Below, piece after piece: positions 1 through 11,170 of a stretch of 20,708 nt of DNA (within the stretch, counting starts at the first letter, position 1; each line of letters begins with the position of its first letter). The DNA is from Amoeboaphelidium protococcarum X5 (lineage: Eukaryota; Fungi; Aphelidiomycota), in NCBI GenBank assembly GCA_023515725.1, contig JALDTO010000316.1, positions 1 through 20,708 on the forward strand, read 5' to 3'. The notes under the pieces are model-generated. The model was given only the letters and a program-made list of their open reading frames with translations. It had not been told where the DNA came from and made no database searches. Position numbers and translations under genes: made by a program.

Positions 1-2
1 TT

Positions 3-3000
3 TCCAACTAGCCACTGTCTGCCCCGCCTATGAAGCTGGCACCGAAACCTGATATCAACTAGATTAAAATGGTTGTTAAAGAACAGTAGCAGTAATAATA
101 GCTGTAGTAGTAGTAGTAACAGCGATAGAGACAATCGATTGATTAAGGGACTTCTAATGAACAGCTCGACAAGTTGGCGTCAACGTATCAGTCAAAGGTG
201 TCGCTGAGTGATTAGCCTGGAACGATTGCTCCGAAATCTGACGCTGTAACTGGAAGTCATTAAGATTTATTGAGTCGCGCTTATGGAGCTGGTAAGATTG
301 GCGCAGGTCAATCAAAGACCACCACGTTTGGATTCCCAAAGTCTTCTGTTTAGAAAATTGCAGAGAGATTTGAAGAGTCATCGCCGTCATCAAATAATCT
401 AAGCACGTCCAACAATTCTTTTTCGCTTCGCAAGTCGGCAGATAATCTAGCTCGTGGTATTGAAAAGGTTATTCATGGTGCATAGGACACTAAGGCTAAG
501 CCAGTTGTTGCTGCGAATGGGAACTCTAGTGTTCACGATAAGAAGTCCTAACTAAACACGTTGAATGTGGCAGCTCTTAGTCCGGTCGATAATCCGGACG
601 ATAAATCACCAGGTGCTAGAGCAAGACGTAAGTCTTTCTTACTTATGCAGCAGCAGGAGTAGTAGGAGAGTAAAGATGTTGTCGCTGAAGGGAATAATGG
701 TAAGAAGCCATCATTGACTAGATCTAAGGCGGTGAATAATAAGAAGAGAAACTCAACTTCCAGACGCGCGGAGACTAATCTGGCCATGGCTTCTTATGGT
801 CGACGTAAACTCAGTACATCCATAACTCAGATTGGGCAGTCATTGAAGTAATAGAGCGGTCCTGTAGATAGAGTTCAGGGACTGTATAGATTGTACAGAA
901 TTATAGCGATGATTGCGGATGAAATTTGCATGGTGTACGATAGTTGGTCTTATGCTGTGACTGATCTATATAAACTGATTCTGCATGATAAGCCGAATGT
1001 GGACCGTGATTCTTCGAATAATGGTTCAGAAGAGTTTCCCTTTGATTATTGCATGATTGTGGTTAAGGATTTTCTTTCCGCTGCTAATGAGATTGCAGTC
1101 ACTCTTGGCGAGAATCCCAATAATGATGTGAAAGCTCTGAAGCGTGCTATCATTGATGCTGAAGCATGTCTCAAATAGGATCAGATTTTGGATAAGATTC
1201 CCGCTAAGGACCGTGAGAATGAAGCTAAAAAGAGTGCTCAGAAGGCAAGAAAAGCCTGCACTGGTGTTATCAGTGCATCGCTATCGTGTATCGCAGCTTT
1301 TTTGAAGTCGGGCTAGATGCTGCCTATTCTTAGTGTTGCCGGCTGGAAGATTGAAGCTGTGAGTCTTTTGGCTATGCCTGCCTGGCTCCAATTGTATGGG
1401 ATGGAAAGTCATGAGTTGGACAAGGAGAAGGCGCTGGATTTTGATGAAGGCTCTCTGAGAGAACATTTTCATGATCGCTTGGTGCGTAGTTAAAGCTTAT
1501 TTGGTAAAGTGAAGAATGAGGTGTTTCTCAATGCTAAGCCTCAGTATATCATAAGCAAATCTATGAGCTCAATGCTTAACTCGTCGCGTAACAGACACTT
1601 TTCTAGTCAGAGCAAGATGGATATTAATGAGGATGGAGTGAATTTGTATCCTATTGAGTATTTCGATGTTGATGCTCTAGCTTATAGATGTTACTTTCAA
1701 GGCACTGATCACCGTAATTATATCGGTATGACTGAGAGATTTGGTGAGGTTGCTATTAGTGTGAAGAGGGAGTTGCTTGTCAAGTAGGACGATTCACAAC
1801 AGTCTCCTCTTACGTAGTTTGACCAGAAGCTAAATGGCAACGATTTTACCGCGACTTCGGGGTAAGGTAGCTATTACTTTAGAGTTCTCTTTCGCTGCAA
1901 GAATTATCTTGGACAGTTGACGCATCTGCTTATTCCTGAATCTGATCTACCGACTGCGTCACGTCTGAATATATTCGGCAGTAAGAAGGATGATGACCAG
2001 AAAGAGAAGGGTGCGTCAGAGCGAATGTACAAGGCTCTCTTTTCCATGATACATCCCAAGTTGGATATGTCTAAACTGCGCCGATTTGATGTTGATATGG
2101 ATTCGTATGATGATAGATGTTAGAAGCTTGAGAAGGCGCTTGTGTAGTTGGATGAGCATAAAACTGCATTTAATTACAAGTTTGGTCTGCTGTATGTTGT
2201 CGATGGTTAGTCTAATGAAAGTGAATGGTTCAACAACGTCAAGGTCTCCGATTCATATCTTTCTTTTTGTAATATACTGGGAGAGACCATAAGTTTGAAA
2301 GGACATCAAGGTTTTGCCGGTGGTTTGGACACTAGAAATGGCAATACTGGAGAAAAGTCTATTTACACCAAGTGGAGATTCAATCCTGTTGGACAGGCTC
2401 CTCTTCCGTTACTCGGCGATGGTGAAGAGCTGTTTAACTGCGAAGATGATATCACCTTCGAAATCATGTATCATGTGAGCACTCTTTTGCCGTTCACTCC
2501 CGGTGATGAGTAATAGATTTAGAGGAAGCGTCATATTGGTAATGATTTAGTGTCGCTCGTGTTCCTAGAGTCTTCTTAAGGGGACAATGCATCTGCGAAC
2601 GATTGGTTTGTTAAAACTCCATTCGATCCCAAGTAGATCAAGAGTCAATTTCTTCATGTGTACATTGTGGTGTAAGAAGTGAAAGTTGATCCTAGTATTG
2701 TACAAGTTTTGAAGCCTGGCCTATCCAGTGATAGTTTGAATTGTGTTGGATATCGCGTGTATGCAACGTCTAATATTGAGGTCCCTAATTACTAGCCTTC
2801 TCTATGTGATCCTCCTGTCTATCTGATTTAGAATGATGATGACAAGAAACAGTTTGGTGACTTCCTCATAGCCAAGTTGATCAGTGCTGAAAATGCAGCT
2901 TTTGAGGCATCCAAATTCAAGACCTTGCACAATAGAACATACACTGGTTTGATGGAACAGCTTCTGCGCGATTTTAATGATGAAGTCAAAGGCAAAATCT

Positions 3001-4274
3001 CTGCTAGGCCCTCTATGCGTAAAAACTCAGTTATGGAGGCATCTACTGTGTCTAGTAGTGCGACCAAAGACTCTCTGCAAGGAAAGAAGTCTGTGTCAAT
3101 TGCAGATTCACAGGAGGATGGCGGACAAGTTGCTGCCAGTAAAAGGTAAAGCCTGATTAGAGACAAGGAGGAGCAGAACTCTGCCGATGTTAAAGAGTAG
3201 TAGTCACCTTCTGGTAATATTGGGCTTTTCGGTCGTCATTTCAGTAGTGTTCGTAAGAGCGCTGCCGTCATGCCATAGGAAGAAGCATCGAAGAAGTCTG
3301 GCAATTAGATTGCTGAGGCTGGTGCTGATTTAGCGTCCGGTGAGCAGAATAAAGGATCCGTGTTACAGCCTTAAATCACAGTTGATGCTATTGATGACGA
3401 TATTAAGGCGGTATCTGTAGCCAAAGATGAACAGAAGACGTTTGTACCGGTCATGTTGAAAATCAATGATCAGACTCCTGCCACTTCTTACGGATCTGAT
3501 ATTAATATTGTCTCCAATGGCTAAGAGGTATCTGATATATCCGTTTAAGAAGCAGATGCCGGTCAATCACCTGATCAATAAAGCGTTGCCACCACTCGTG
3601 TTAGTTTATCTAGTGACAAAATTGAGAGTAATGCACACTCTAATGAGACTCTGGAGAAAGCTAGTCCATCAAGTGTCAGGGTCAATTCTACCTAGACGTC
3701 GACTCAAGAAATAAAGAATTCTGGTTTAGCGGAAGATGTTGATGACTTGTAGCAATGGCATTCTGAGAGAGTTCGCACTTAAAGCTCACCTGCCATGCTT
3801 CGTCTGCGTCCAAGAATTGATAGCGGTAAGAATCGTTTGTCTTCAACTCGTCTTGCTGACAGCGATGAAGAGGATGATGAAGAAGATGCAAAACTTAAGA
3901 AGAGGGAGAACACGTAAAGTTTTCTAGATTTTTTGAATAGCGGCCCACCTGAGGAGCTGTTAAACGTTGGTAATGCCACTAATGCACAGGCTACAAAATC
4001 CAGAAATAGTTTACTGAGAGCTTTCAAAAAGAAATCAGAAGATAACACTGACTCTGGCTTGTCACCGTAGCATTCTCGAAAATCGTAGAGCTCGTCTTAT
4101 GTTGCACTGCCTGGTTCTGCAGGTCGATCTGCCAACCATCTTCCTAAAGTTTCTCCTGTGTCATAACCAGGATCAAGTGTAGTAAATACCGAGGGAGATG
4201 TTTCGAATCAAGAAGTTGGACTTGAAGATATACTGGGTCTCGACCCGTCGGTTGAATTGTCGTATAAATCTTGA
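3..4274 (+). CDS. Rap/Ran-GAP domain protein (Rap1GAP-like), 5' end outside window, >1400 aa
   Basis: One frame joins track ORFs 891, 1509, 1917, 2295 and 2877 when TAA/TAG=Gln and ends at TGA 4272-4274. RapGAP motifs YKFGLLYV, LKGHQGFAGGLD, FEIMYHVSTLLPF, QQIQRKRHIGNDLV (Asn thumb) and IKSQFLHVYIVV lie at about 2170-2670. The flanks are long and low-complexity. Confidence 0.93.
84..122 (+). repeat. Poly-Gln tract of mixed CAG/TAG/TAA codons
   Basis: In frame with the RapGAP: cag tag cag taa taa tag ctg tag tag tag tag taa cag. Confidence 0.9.
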
Positions 4275-4319
4275 GAGATGATTGGTGATTTATAGATTAT
4301 CGAATTTAAAAATATTTTG

Positions 4320-4516
4320 TCGATTGGCCAGCTTTAAACGCTGATTTTCATTCTTGATTGGCTGTCTTTTTGCGCCACCTGAATTTTTTTGTTGCTACGA
4401 TTGTAAACACTCCTCATTTGTATTCGTTTTCTTTTTCGCCTAGATTTCGGCCGATTGGGCTTTTTACAAGTGCATGATTGCATTGGCCACCGCCACCTGA
4501 GCCGATACTATAATAA
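4320..4516 (+). promoter_or_regulatory. Promoter-like cluster: four ATTGG (CCAAT-box) motifs, two CGCCACCTGA motifs and a TATA-like tataataa
   Basis: gattggcc ~4322, gattggct ~4357, gattgggc ~4453, cattggcc ~4481; cgccacctga at ~4374 and 4491; tataataa ~4509. It lies between two convergent gene 3' ends. Confidence 0.5.
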
Positions 4517-4539
4517 TATTCTAATCTCTTGCTGATGTA

Positions 4540-4876
4540 GTCAAACTACAACTTATCAGTAATTAACGCCACTGCTGTTTAGTATGAAGTGGTCTTATTT
4601 ATTGATTTGTTGTAGTTTGCGTGAACATCATTGCTTTTGTGCTGCTGCTTGCCTTTTACTTCTTCTGGACTGTTTTTATCTTAACCGACAGCCAAAATGC
4701 AAAACGCTGCTACTCTTTTCCGGCTTTATAAATGAGTCAGAAAGGGGGTCGCATTTCCCAATGTATACGGCACAAAGCTTAAATACTATTAATGCTGATT
4801 GATAGTCTGTAGTGTATTTGCACACACAACCCCGTTTAATCAAAGACGTTGTCAAGGCGTTTATTGATGGACACTT
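4540..4876 (+). ncRNA. Putative structured ncRNA with box H/ACA-like layout
   Basis: Perfect 11-bp stem 4542-4552/4609-4619; ANANNA at 4625-4630; stem 4633-4644/4768-4778; hairpin 4781-4819; ANANNA at 4824-4829; hairpin ~4839-4868 followed by ACA at 4871-4873. Family not recognised. Confidence 0.4.
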
Positions 4877-4977
4877 CACAGTCGGTCAGAATATTACAAT
4901 TGCTTTTAAACACGTCTATTTTTATATTAAATCATCTTCAAAGTAAATCATCAATCGTTTATACTACTCGAATCGGC

Positions 4978-5832
4978 TCATCTGAATCCAAAAACGGTGG
5001 CATTACCCGTTGAACCCGTGTTGAAAATATCTGAGGCACCTCCAATCGGCTTACCGCTAATCTTACTTCTGACAATCGCAACCACTATTGTAGTAATTAT
5101 CGCAATAATGACTAGCAGCACCATTGCCAGAATGACTTTATCTGTGGCCATGCGTCTCAAAAAGATTCGGATCTACTTATCGGCTCTTGTCAGATTCGAT
5201 TCAATCAGATCGACATTTTGATCAATCGTCTCAAGCTGGACAGTTTACTCTTTCAGCACCTCGTTCGTCTTTGTTCCCACATCAATGGTGTGCTATAAAA
5301 CTTGTTTAGTCCTCTCAGTCGACTACTTGGACTCTTTCTAGACATTGGATGCGTGATCTACTAGCTCCTTCGCTGTCATTTAATCAGCATTTCGCGTTGG
5401 CTTATTGAACAGATCATCTCGCTCTGCAGAGGTCATCGCCCAACTGAGATCGTCATTCAACTTGGTGATTTCTTGATCAAACGTTCTAGCTTTCTCTTCC
5501 CATGGCTTTGCAGACTCACGACTCAGCTCTCTCAGTTCAACGTTAAAGGATTTCAACACTTGCCTGGCTCTGTTGATTCGATTTTTGAGATATTCGCATT
5601 TCTACACAAGATTTGTTTCAATATGACAAAATACGAATATACAGAGGGAATCCAGCAATAATAGCTCTTACCTCTACTTTGGCTTTGCCTTGCAATTTGG
5701 GTACAGCCACAGTCAATGTGTTTCTAATCTCGCCAATGATGTCGGTCAGCTATTCGTCAAAATCTCTAATCTCTACATGGATTACTTTATCATTGTGAAT
5801 GGAACAGAAATTTAATACGTACCGTCAGACAT
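4978..5832 (-). CDS. Qb-SNARE, NPSN (novel plant SNARE)/Vti1-like, 244 aa, 3 exons (5832-5823, 5772-5672, 5601-4978)
   Basis: Spliced code-6 translation MSDEIRDFDEQL...VLKEQTVQLETIDQNVDLIESNLTRADKQIRIFLRRMATDKVILAMVLLVIIAII has an N-terminal helical bundle, a SNARE heptad with central Q (a TAA codon), an NPSN-type ATDK motif and a C-terminal TM helix. GT-AG introns 5822-5773 (50 nt) and 5671-5602 (70 nt) keep the frame. Confidence 0.85.
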
Positions 5833-6226
5833 TATGGATGACAATCGAGTATCGTGCTGTAACTAGAACTATTATTTGGGTGTAAAGTACTGGCTGGATT
5901 AAAGCAAAAATTTAAAAGATGTTGTTGGATCAGGCAGAGTATCATGCCATCTCCACCTTGCCTACCGGCAACCAGCTTAACAAACAACACCGTATCTACC
6001 AACGCTTGTACTTTTCACATCTTCCCTCTCTCTCCCTCTAATGTAGAATGAAGTTTTCAAGAGAGTCTCTGTTGAACATGTAAACGTTAGGAATCAAAAC
6101 AGATAATTGTTACAACCTCATTAGAACTAATCAAAGCCTGTGATCAATTTGAAGAACGGATGACGCGACAAGGTTTAAAAATATTGATCACCTGCAATGA
6201 ACAGTATCGATATTACACTGAATATT

Positions 6227-7321
6227 TCATTCTTCTTTCTTGTTACTTAGTTATAACTAAAGACTTGATCTCTTCATGCTTACGTCCTTTACCGTCAAAC
6301 CTCGCGCGCGCATTCGATTGACATCAGCATTGTTCTTCATAAAGAACCCGCTAATCTCCGCCAACAAATTCCAATCTAAAACTTTCAGCAATAACTTCAT
6401 ACCAATAGAAAAGTAACCTTGATCGTAGATTACACACTTGCCAGCGGATTTGAAAATGATATCTGCAATCGTTGACGGAGCCAATGCAGTCCACTTGAAA
6501 GCAGTGATTAACGATACATCTTTGGCATTGTCGTAAAAGTTGGTGCGAATAGGTGACGGATGTACGCAGATCACGTCAATATTGGTATCTGACACTTAAA
6601 GTTCTACAGACAGCGCGGCAGCGAAACTGGTCATCAACGTCTTTGTACATCCATATATGCTAGATATAGGACACGGCAGAAAGCCAGCTGATGAAGAGGT
6701 GAAGGAAATCAGACCACGCTTCCCATCGCTCATCACTGGCAGTTTGATCATTGTCTAAAGAACGCGGTGAGTTATGGCTATCATTGCCGAAGCATTGCAG
6801 TTTACATTGTTCATATGCTTCTCCAGCGGTATCTGTGAAAACAATCCCGGCACAATGTATCCCGCATTATTGAAAAGCATTCGAACTTCCCCACCAGCCA
6901 GCGCAACTTCAGTCATTGCCTCATCAATAGGATCCAAGTAGGACTTTGGATCAGTGGCACCAAGATCTAATGCGATTTTCTTAAATTCAACTTGAGGAAA
7001 TCTGGAAGTGATCTCAAGGAAACTTTTGTCAAAGATGGCATCAGGCAGAGCAATCATTATGACATTGATGTTTTACTGAGCTAGCTTTTCAGCTATTGCC
7101 TTGCCAATACCAGAAGATGCACCCGTGACTATGGCCCAGCACTTGGCGCCCTCGGAAGTCTTGTACATTTGACGCAGATCTTGATCTTTATAGAGCCACT
7201 GCACAAAGTTCATACCCAAGTATAGAGAGATCGACAGGTAACCAACAAGGAAGCATGTCAACACTAGCCAAGACGGAGCGAACCATGTCGTTATGTCTAA
7301 CAAAGTCTTTGCACTCAACAT
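6227..7321 (-). CDS. Short-chain dehydrogenase/reductase, 3-ketoacyl-CoA reductase/17beta-HSD12-like, 364 aa
   Basis: Three track ORFs fall in one frame with TAA/TAG=Gln. It has an N-terminal TM segment, WAIVTGASSGIG, LFNNAG, FTSS and catalytic YGCTK (YxxxK). TGA at 6229-6227. Confidence 0.9.
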
Positions 7322-7499
7322 CTTACGCAATAATACTTTGACACTTAGAAGATAGAGAGATCAAAGTTAGTTGTAAGAAGCGAAATGAACTCGTGCAGTG
7401 TCGCGTGAGAAATAACAGTGATGGCGCCACTAAACATCAACGCCACAATGCCAAGTTATCCAAAACAATTAGTTCATGACTTTATTAGTTCATAAAATG

Positions 7500-8940
7500 T
7501 CAAAATATCAGGCTAGAAGTTTTATGAATCTTGTTAGGCGGGTTAGATACAGGATCAAGTTGGTCTGGAGGAGAGTTATGGTCCCTGGAGCGGAATCGTC
7601 CAAGTCGCTTCTTATCGAATCTCTTCAACCAGTTTATAGTGTCTTCATTGGGAACTACTAAAGATCCCATGAAAATGCCAATAGATAGAGCCAACGCCAG
7701 TTCTATGAATGTCAGCGACATCTGAATACCACCCGTGTCGTCTGTCTGACTGAAGTAGGTGAAGAAGGACGTGACTGCCAGTGATCCGGGGACAAGCATC
7801 ACCAAACCAGAAAGCACGTACAGAATAGGTGGAGTTGCAGAGTATCTGGCATAAAGATTGGACATAACGGCCAACACAAAGGCTGAGCTCATAGATGAGA
7901 AAGACATTCCCAATTTCAGAACTGAATCTGATAAAAACCCAGTAATGTAACCCAACGCCGAGCATGCAACCATAGGCAACAACTAAGTTCTATGAGAATT
8001 CATCGACAAACTGAATGATGTTGCTGCCATGACGAACAACAGTGGATAAAATGCCTTATATACGCCACGATCAGCAGAGCATACTGACATTTACATCGCC
8101 TCCAGTTTAGTGACGCCTATTATACTAGCAAACAATTTGGTGGCCACGTCAAGACCAAATCCAATCGAAGCACTTATCACTATGCCATAGAACAATCTAA
8201 CTGTTCCGGACACGTAATTCTTTGTGATGATTTCAACGATCGACAAGGTGATAGTTACACCTTTAAGAGAATTAATAAAAGCACTAAACGCCACGGCTTT
8301 GAAGCATAAAGGAGTTATCCAGTAGTGAACAAAACGCGTAATCAGAGCTGCCAGAAAGCCAGAGAAGCATTCATTCAAACGATTATATGCTGACAGGCGA
8401 CTTCCAAACAGGTTTATTCCAAATATTATGGCAGCAAGTAATGTTGTCACAAGGACATCTGTCCAATTTCCACCGAAAAACAGACCACAGCACCCGGCAG
8501 AGCTCACACTATTGAATAGCAACTGAACAGGCCTAGAGTACAATGGACTAGCCGCCCTAATCTCATTAAGAGTGGTCGCTGCATCTTCAACTGCTAATTA
8601 ACTAAACATCTTGGCATACTGGCTTCTATTGTCGCTATCCCCCGACTTGTGATTAGGATCCTCCAAGTTGAGTGGCTATAGAGGGATATCTTTCGAGCGT
8701 CCAGGAAGCATTGGTTGCATCAACTGCTGTTATTTGGCCTTTTGTTTGTAATAGAATCCTTGTCCATACGCGGCGAGGTCCAGTATCTTTCTCCTTAGCA
8801 TGGGCCCTCCAATGCTGGCACCAGATGCTACAGATGGGTGCCGGTACAGAGATTTTATTGAGGCACTGTCTAACTTTGGCGTCTCTACAACATCTCTACC
8901 GGCCAGGTCTGTGATATCGGCAGTTTCCAGAGCCTAAACT
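7500..8940 (-). pseudogene. ThrE/Prm10-family multi-pass membrane protein, 5'-truncated at 8940
   Basis: Open frame from 8940 to TGA at 7502-7500 with AVEDAATTLNEIRAASPLY, FFGGNW, EIITKNYVSGTVRL, SNLYAR and MLVPGSLA. The N-terminal part of the ThrE domain is absent and the frame runs directly into rDNA-derived sequence. Confidence 0.8.
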
Positions 8941-8993
8941 TTGTGACATTGTTGATGTTGAATTGTGTGACAAATCCTTAGAACGGGCGAGCT
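8941..8993. repeat. Direct repeat, copy 1 (copy 2 at 20654-20708)
   Basis: ttgtgacattgttgatgttgaattgtg(tg)tgacaaatccttagaacgggcgagct is identical in both copies except for one extra TG in copy 2. Confidence 0.97.
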
Positions 8994-9398
8994 TAATCTC
9001 AGCAGATCGTAGCAACAAGGCTACTCTACTGCTTACAATACTCGGTTCACGTAAAGTCGTCTGCAATGGATCTACTAGATTTCCTGGTTTTGTGAATTGT
9101 TGTTATGAGACTGAGATTGGCAAAGAATCTTGCACAATCTGTGGCAGACTCGCAAACATGACTTGGACCACATAGGTGGCTATTGCTGTCAATGACAGAA
9201 AATCATTAAAATGAAGCCTCTGCACTCGCTAGCACGGATTCCGACTTAGAGGCGTTCAGCCGTAATCCAACGGATGATAGCTTCGCGTCAGTATAGCTGG
9301 TCAGCTAAACGCAAATGCCATGGATCCGAAACAACGGTTCCTCTCGTACTGAGTTGTATTACTATGGAGAGACTCTGTAATCGTATACTACTACTCAT

Positions 9399-9453
<55 letters not shown>

Positions 9454-9498
9454 ATTAGTGGGTGAACAATCCAACGCTTGGCGAATTCTGCTTCGCCG

Positions 9499-9534
<36 letters not shown>

Positions 9535-9572
9535 GCGTCGCTTTGAACGCTCTGCCGCCACAAGCCAGTTAT
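8970..9572 (-). rRNA. 3'-terminal ~600-nt fragment of eukaryotic 28S (LSU) rRNA
   Basis: Reverse complements of conserved LSU segments: gcttaatctcagcagatcgt (near 3' end), gttcctctcgtact (sarcin-ricin loop, 9337-9350), agggtaaaactaacctgtctcacgacggtctaaacccagctcacgttccc and gccacaagccagttat. The expected continuation ccctgtggtaac is missing. Confidence 0.97.
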
Positions 9573-9748
9573 TACTACTTATATCTTATTCGGCACTTCG
9601 TGACCCCTTGCAACAAAATTGATTCGCTGATGGAGTCCCCTTAATGTTTGATTGGCCGATATTACAACTCGTGAACCCAACACCTTTTCTCCTCCAATCA
9701 AAAACGCAATACCATATCTAAAAGTTGATCGATAGCTTAAATCTGAAT

Positions 9749-10135
9749 ATGTCGTTAAAACAAGGCTGCTACTTTAAGTATCTTGGCACAATTGAGTCTC
9801 TGCAAACCAAGCCCACTGCCGACGGAACCAAACAGTACACAATGATAAAAATGCGCGTGAATGGGAAGACCAAAACCATTATGGACTTTGACAATACCAT
9901 ATGCAATTATGACGTGCAGATTGGTTCTTATTCTCGTATATCAGGTGAGTTAGAGTTGACCTATGACAGTGTTAAGAAGAGCAATAATTGCATCTTCAAA
10001 GTCCAGGATTACAAGGCATTGACGTCCAAGGAAGAGCTAGAGCTGATTGCAAAGTTAAGTGTTAAGGATCTAGTGAAGGCTGCAGTTAATCGTAGCAAGA
10101 GATAGAGAGAGCCAAGTCCAACACCATCATAGTGA
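9749..10135 (+). CDS. Small putative OB-fold / single-stranded DNA-binding protein, 128 aa
   Basis: MSLKQGCYFKYLGTIESLQTKPTADGTKQYTMIKMRVNGKTKTIMDFDN...VQIGSYSRISGELEL has a beta-strand pattern resembling SSB/RPA OB folds, judged by eye only. It reads through TAG 10103 to TGA 10133-10135. CCAAT motifs lie upstream (~9650, ~9694). Confidence 0.6.
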
Positions 10136-10470
10136 TCATCTGTGACAAGAGATAAAGAAAGCCATTTTCCACACCATCAGAATGACTTTCAAGTAACCAC
10201 GAACAATAATAATTCAGTTTAATACATGCATTTTTCATTTATCTTTTGTTGCAATCGATATCAATTTCAAAGCAAACTTTTTCAGATTTCGACCGTATAT
10301 TTTAAATAGTAATAGGTTAATTAGGTTGTACAAATTCGTTGTATAAATGTTTTAAAATTACGGTTAAGGTAAGTGTATAAAATTTTATCATCTGCTGAAA
10401 CAGTGGCGCATTGCTTCATCCAAAAAAAGTGAAAAAATATCACGTCGTTGATTAGAAATTGATCATCACT

Positions 10471-10908
10471 ATGGTGGCGCCTTCTGCTTTGCATGATATA
10501 AAACTGTTGGAATTATTATTGGCATTTGAGATTCGCGGAACTACTGAAGATATTCTGTATTTGGCATATACTGTCAAATATGAATTCTTCAGTCATCTGT
10601 TATATCTCAACAGTTTTTGCCATGTCCCATTGTAACTAAATCTAGCAGCGATCGATCACGCTGCTAGTGATATTGATTAGTTTATATAATGGGCCATGGT
10701 TCCTGAAATTGCAGTATATCTATTCCAATTTTGGAATGCAAGACTTCATGTATATGATTGCAATGATGTCTTGGATATCATCAGAGGAATGGATTCTGAA
10801 TTCTACCAAACGGGTGTTCATTTGGTAGATTTTGTTAGAAGGACCATTGATCCTGATGAGTTAAATGTTGTTGCATCGAATCTAGGATTGCCAAAATTAG
10901 ATATATGA
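10471..10908 (+). CDS. Hypothetical protein, 145 aa
   Basis: ATG 10471 to TGA 10906-10908 in code 6 (MVAPSALHDIKLLELLLAFEIRG...NLGLPKLDI), flanked by AT-rich spacers. No motif recognised. Confidence 0.6.
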
Positions 10909-11170
10909 AAGATTTAATTTTTGATTATTAATATACGTGTTTTTCAATTCACCTTATGTTTTTAGTTTTAATCAATTGTAACATTTCAAATGAATAGTGT
11001 CACTTACTGTGATAGTGTGCCTATTATATATTTTATTTCAACTTGATTGTAACATTGATTGCGCGTGATCACCACGCATGACTTGTATGAACCCATCAAT
11101 CGTTTACTGTGCATTTTCTTCATCAACTTTATTGTACTATCAAAATTATCATCAATTTAATATTAATATA

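Noticed and set aside
154-4048. Many short ORFs suggesting a fragmented pseudogene or multiple small genes
   Set aside because: They are explained by one code-6 RapGAP CDS; the rest are antisense or off-frame shadows.
4651-4659. GCCTTTTAC, identical to U5 snRNA loop I
   Set aside because: The flanks cannot form the closing stem and no Sm site is suitably placed.
5944-6079. ~45-codon minus-strand ORF and CT-rich tract upstream of the SNARE gene
   Set aside because: No recognisable protein or RNA motif.
8941-9173. In-frame ATG within the rRNA fragment that could give the ThrE remnant a new N-terminus
   Set aside because: Long open frames arise easily when there is only one stop codon, and nothing indicates a promoter or translation.
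8963-9644. Track ORFs 8963-9175 and 9462-9644
   Set aside because: They are antisense to 28S rRNA and spurious.
9572-9750. Group I intron at LSU position L2449
   Set aside because: The base before the would-be 3' exon (AACUGGC) is U rather than the terminal G, no core elements were recognised, and the 5' exon does not follow the insert.
10310-10385. Repeated tgta(c/t)aaa motifs as possible iterons
   Set aside because: They are short, degenerate and in very AT-rich DNA, so not distinguishable from chance.
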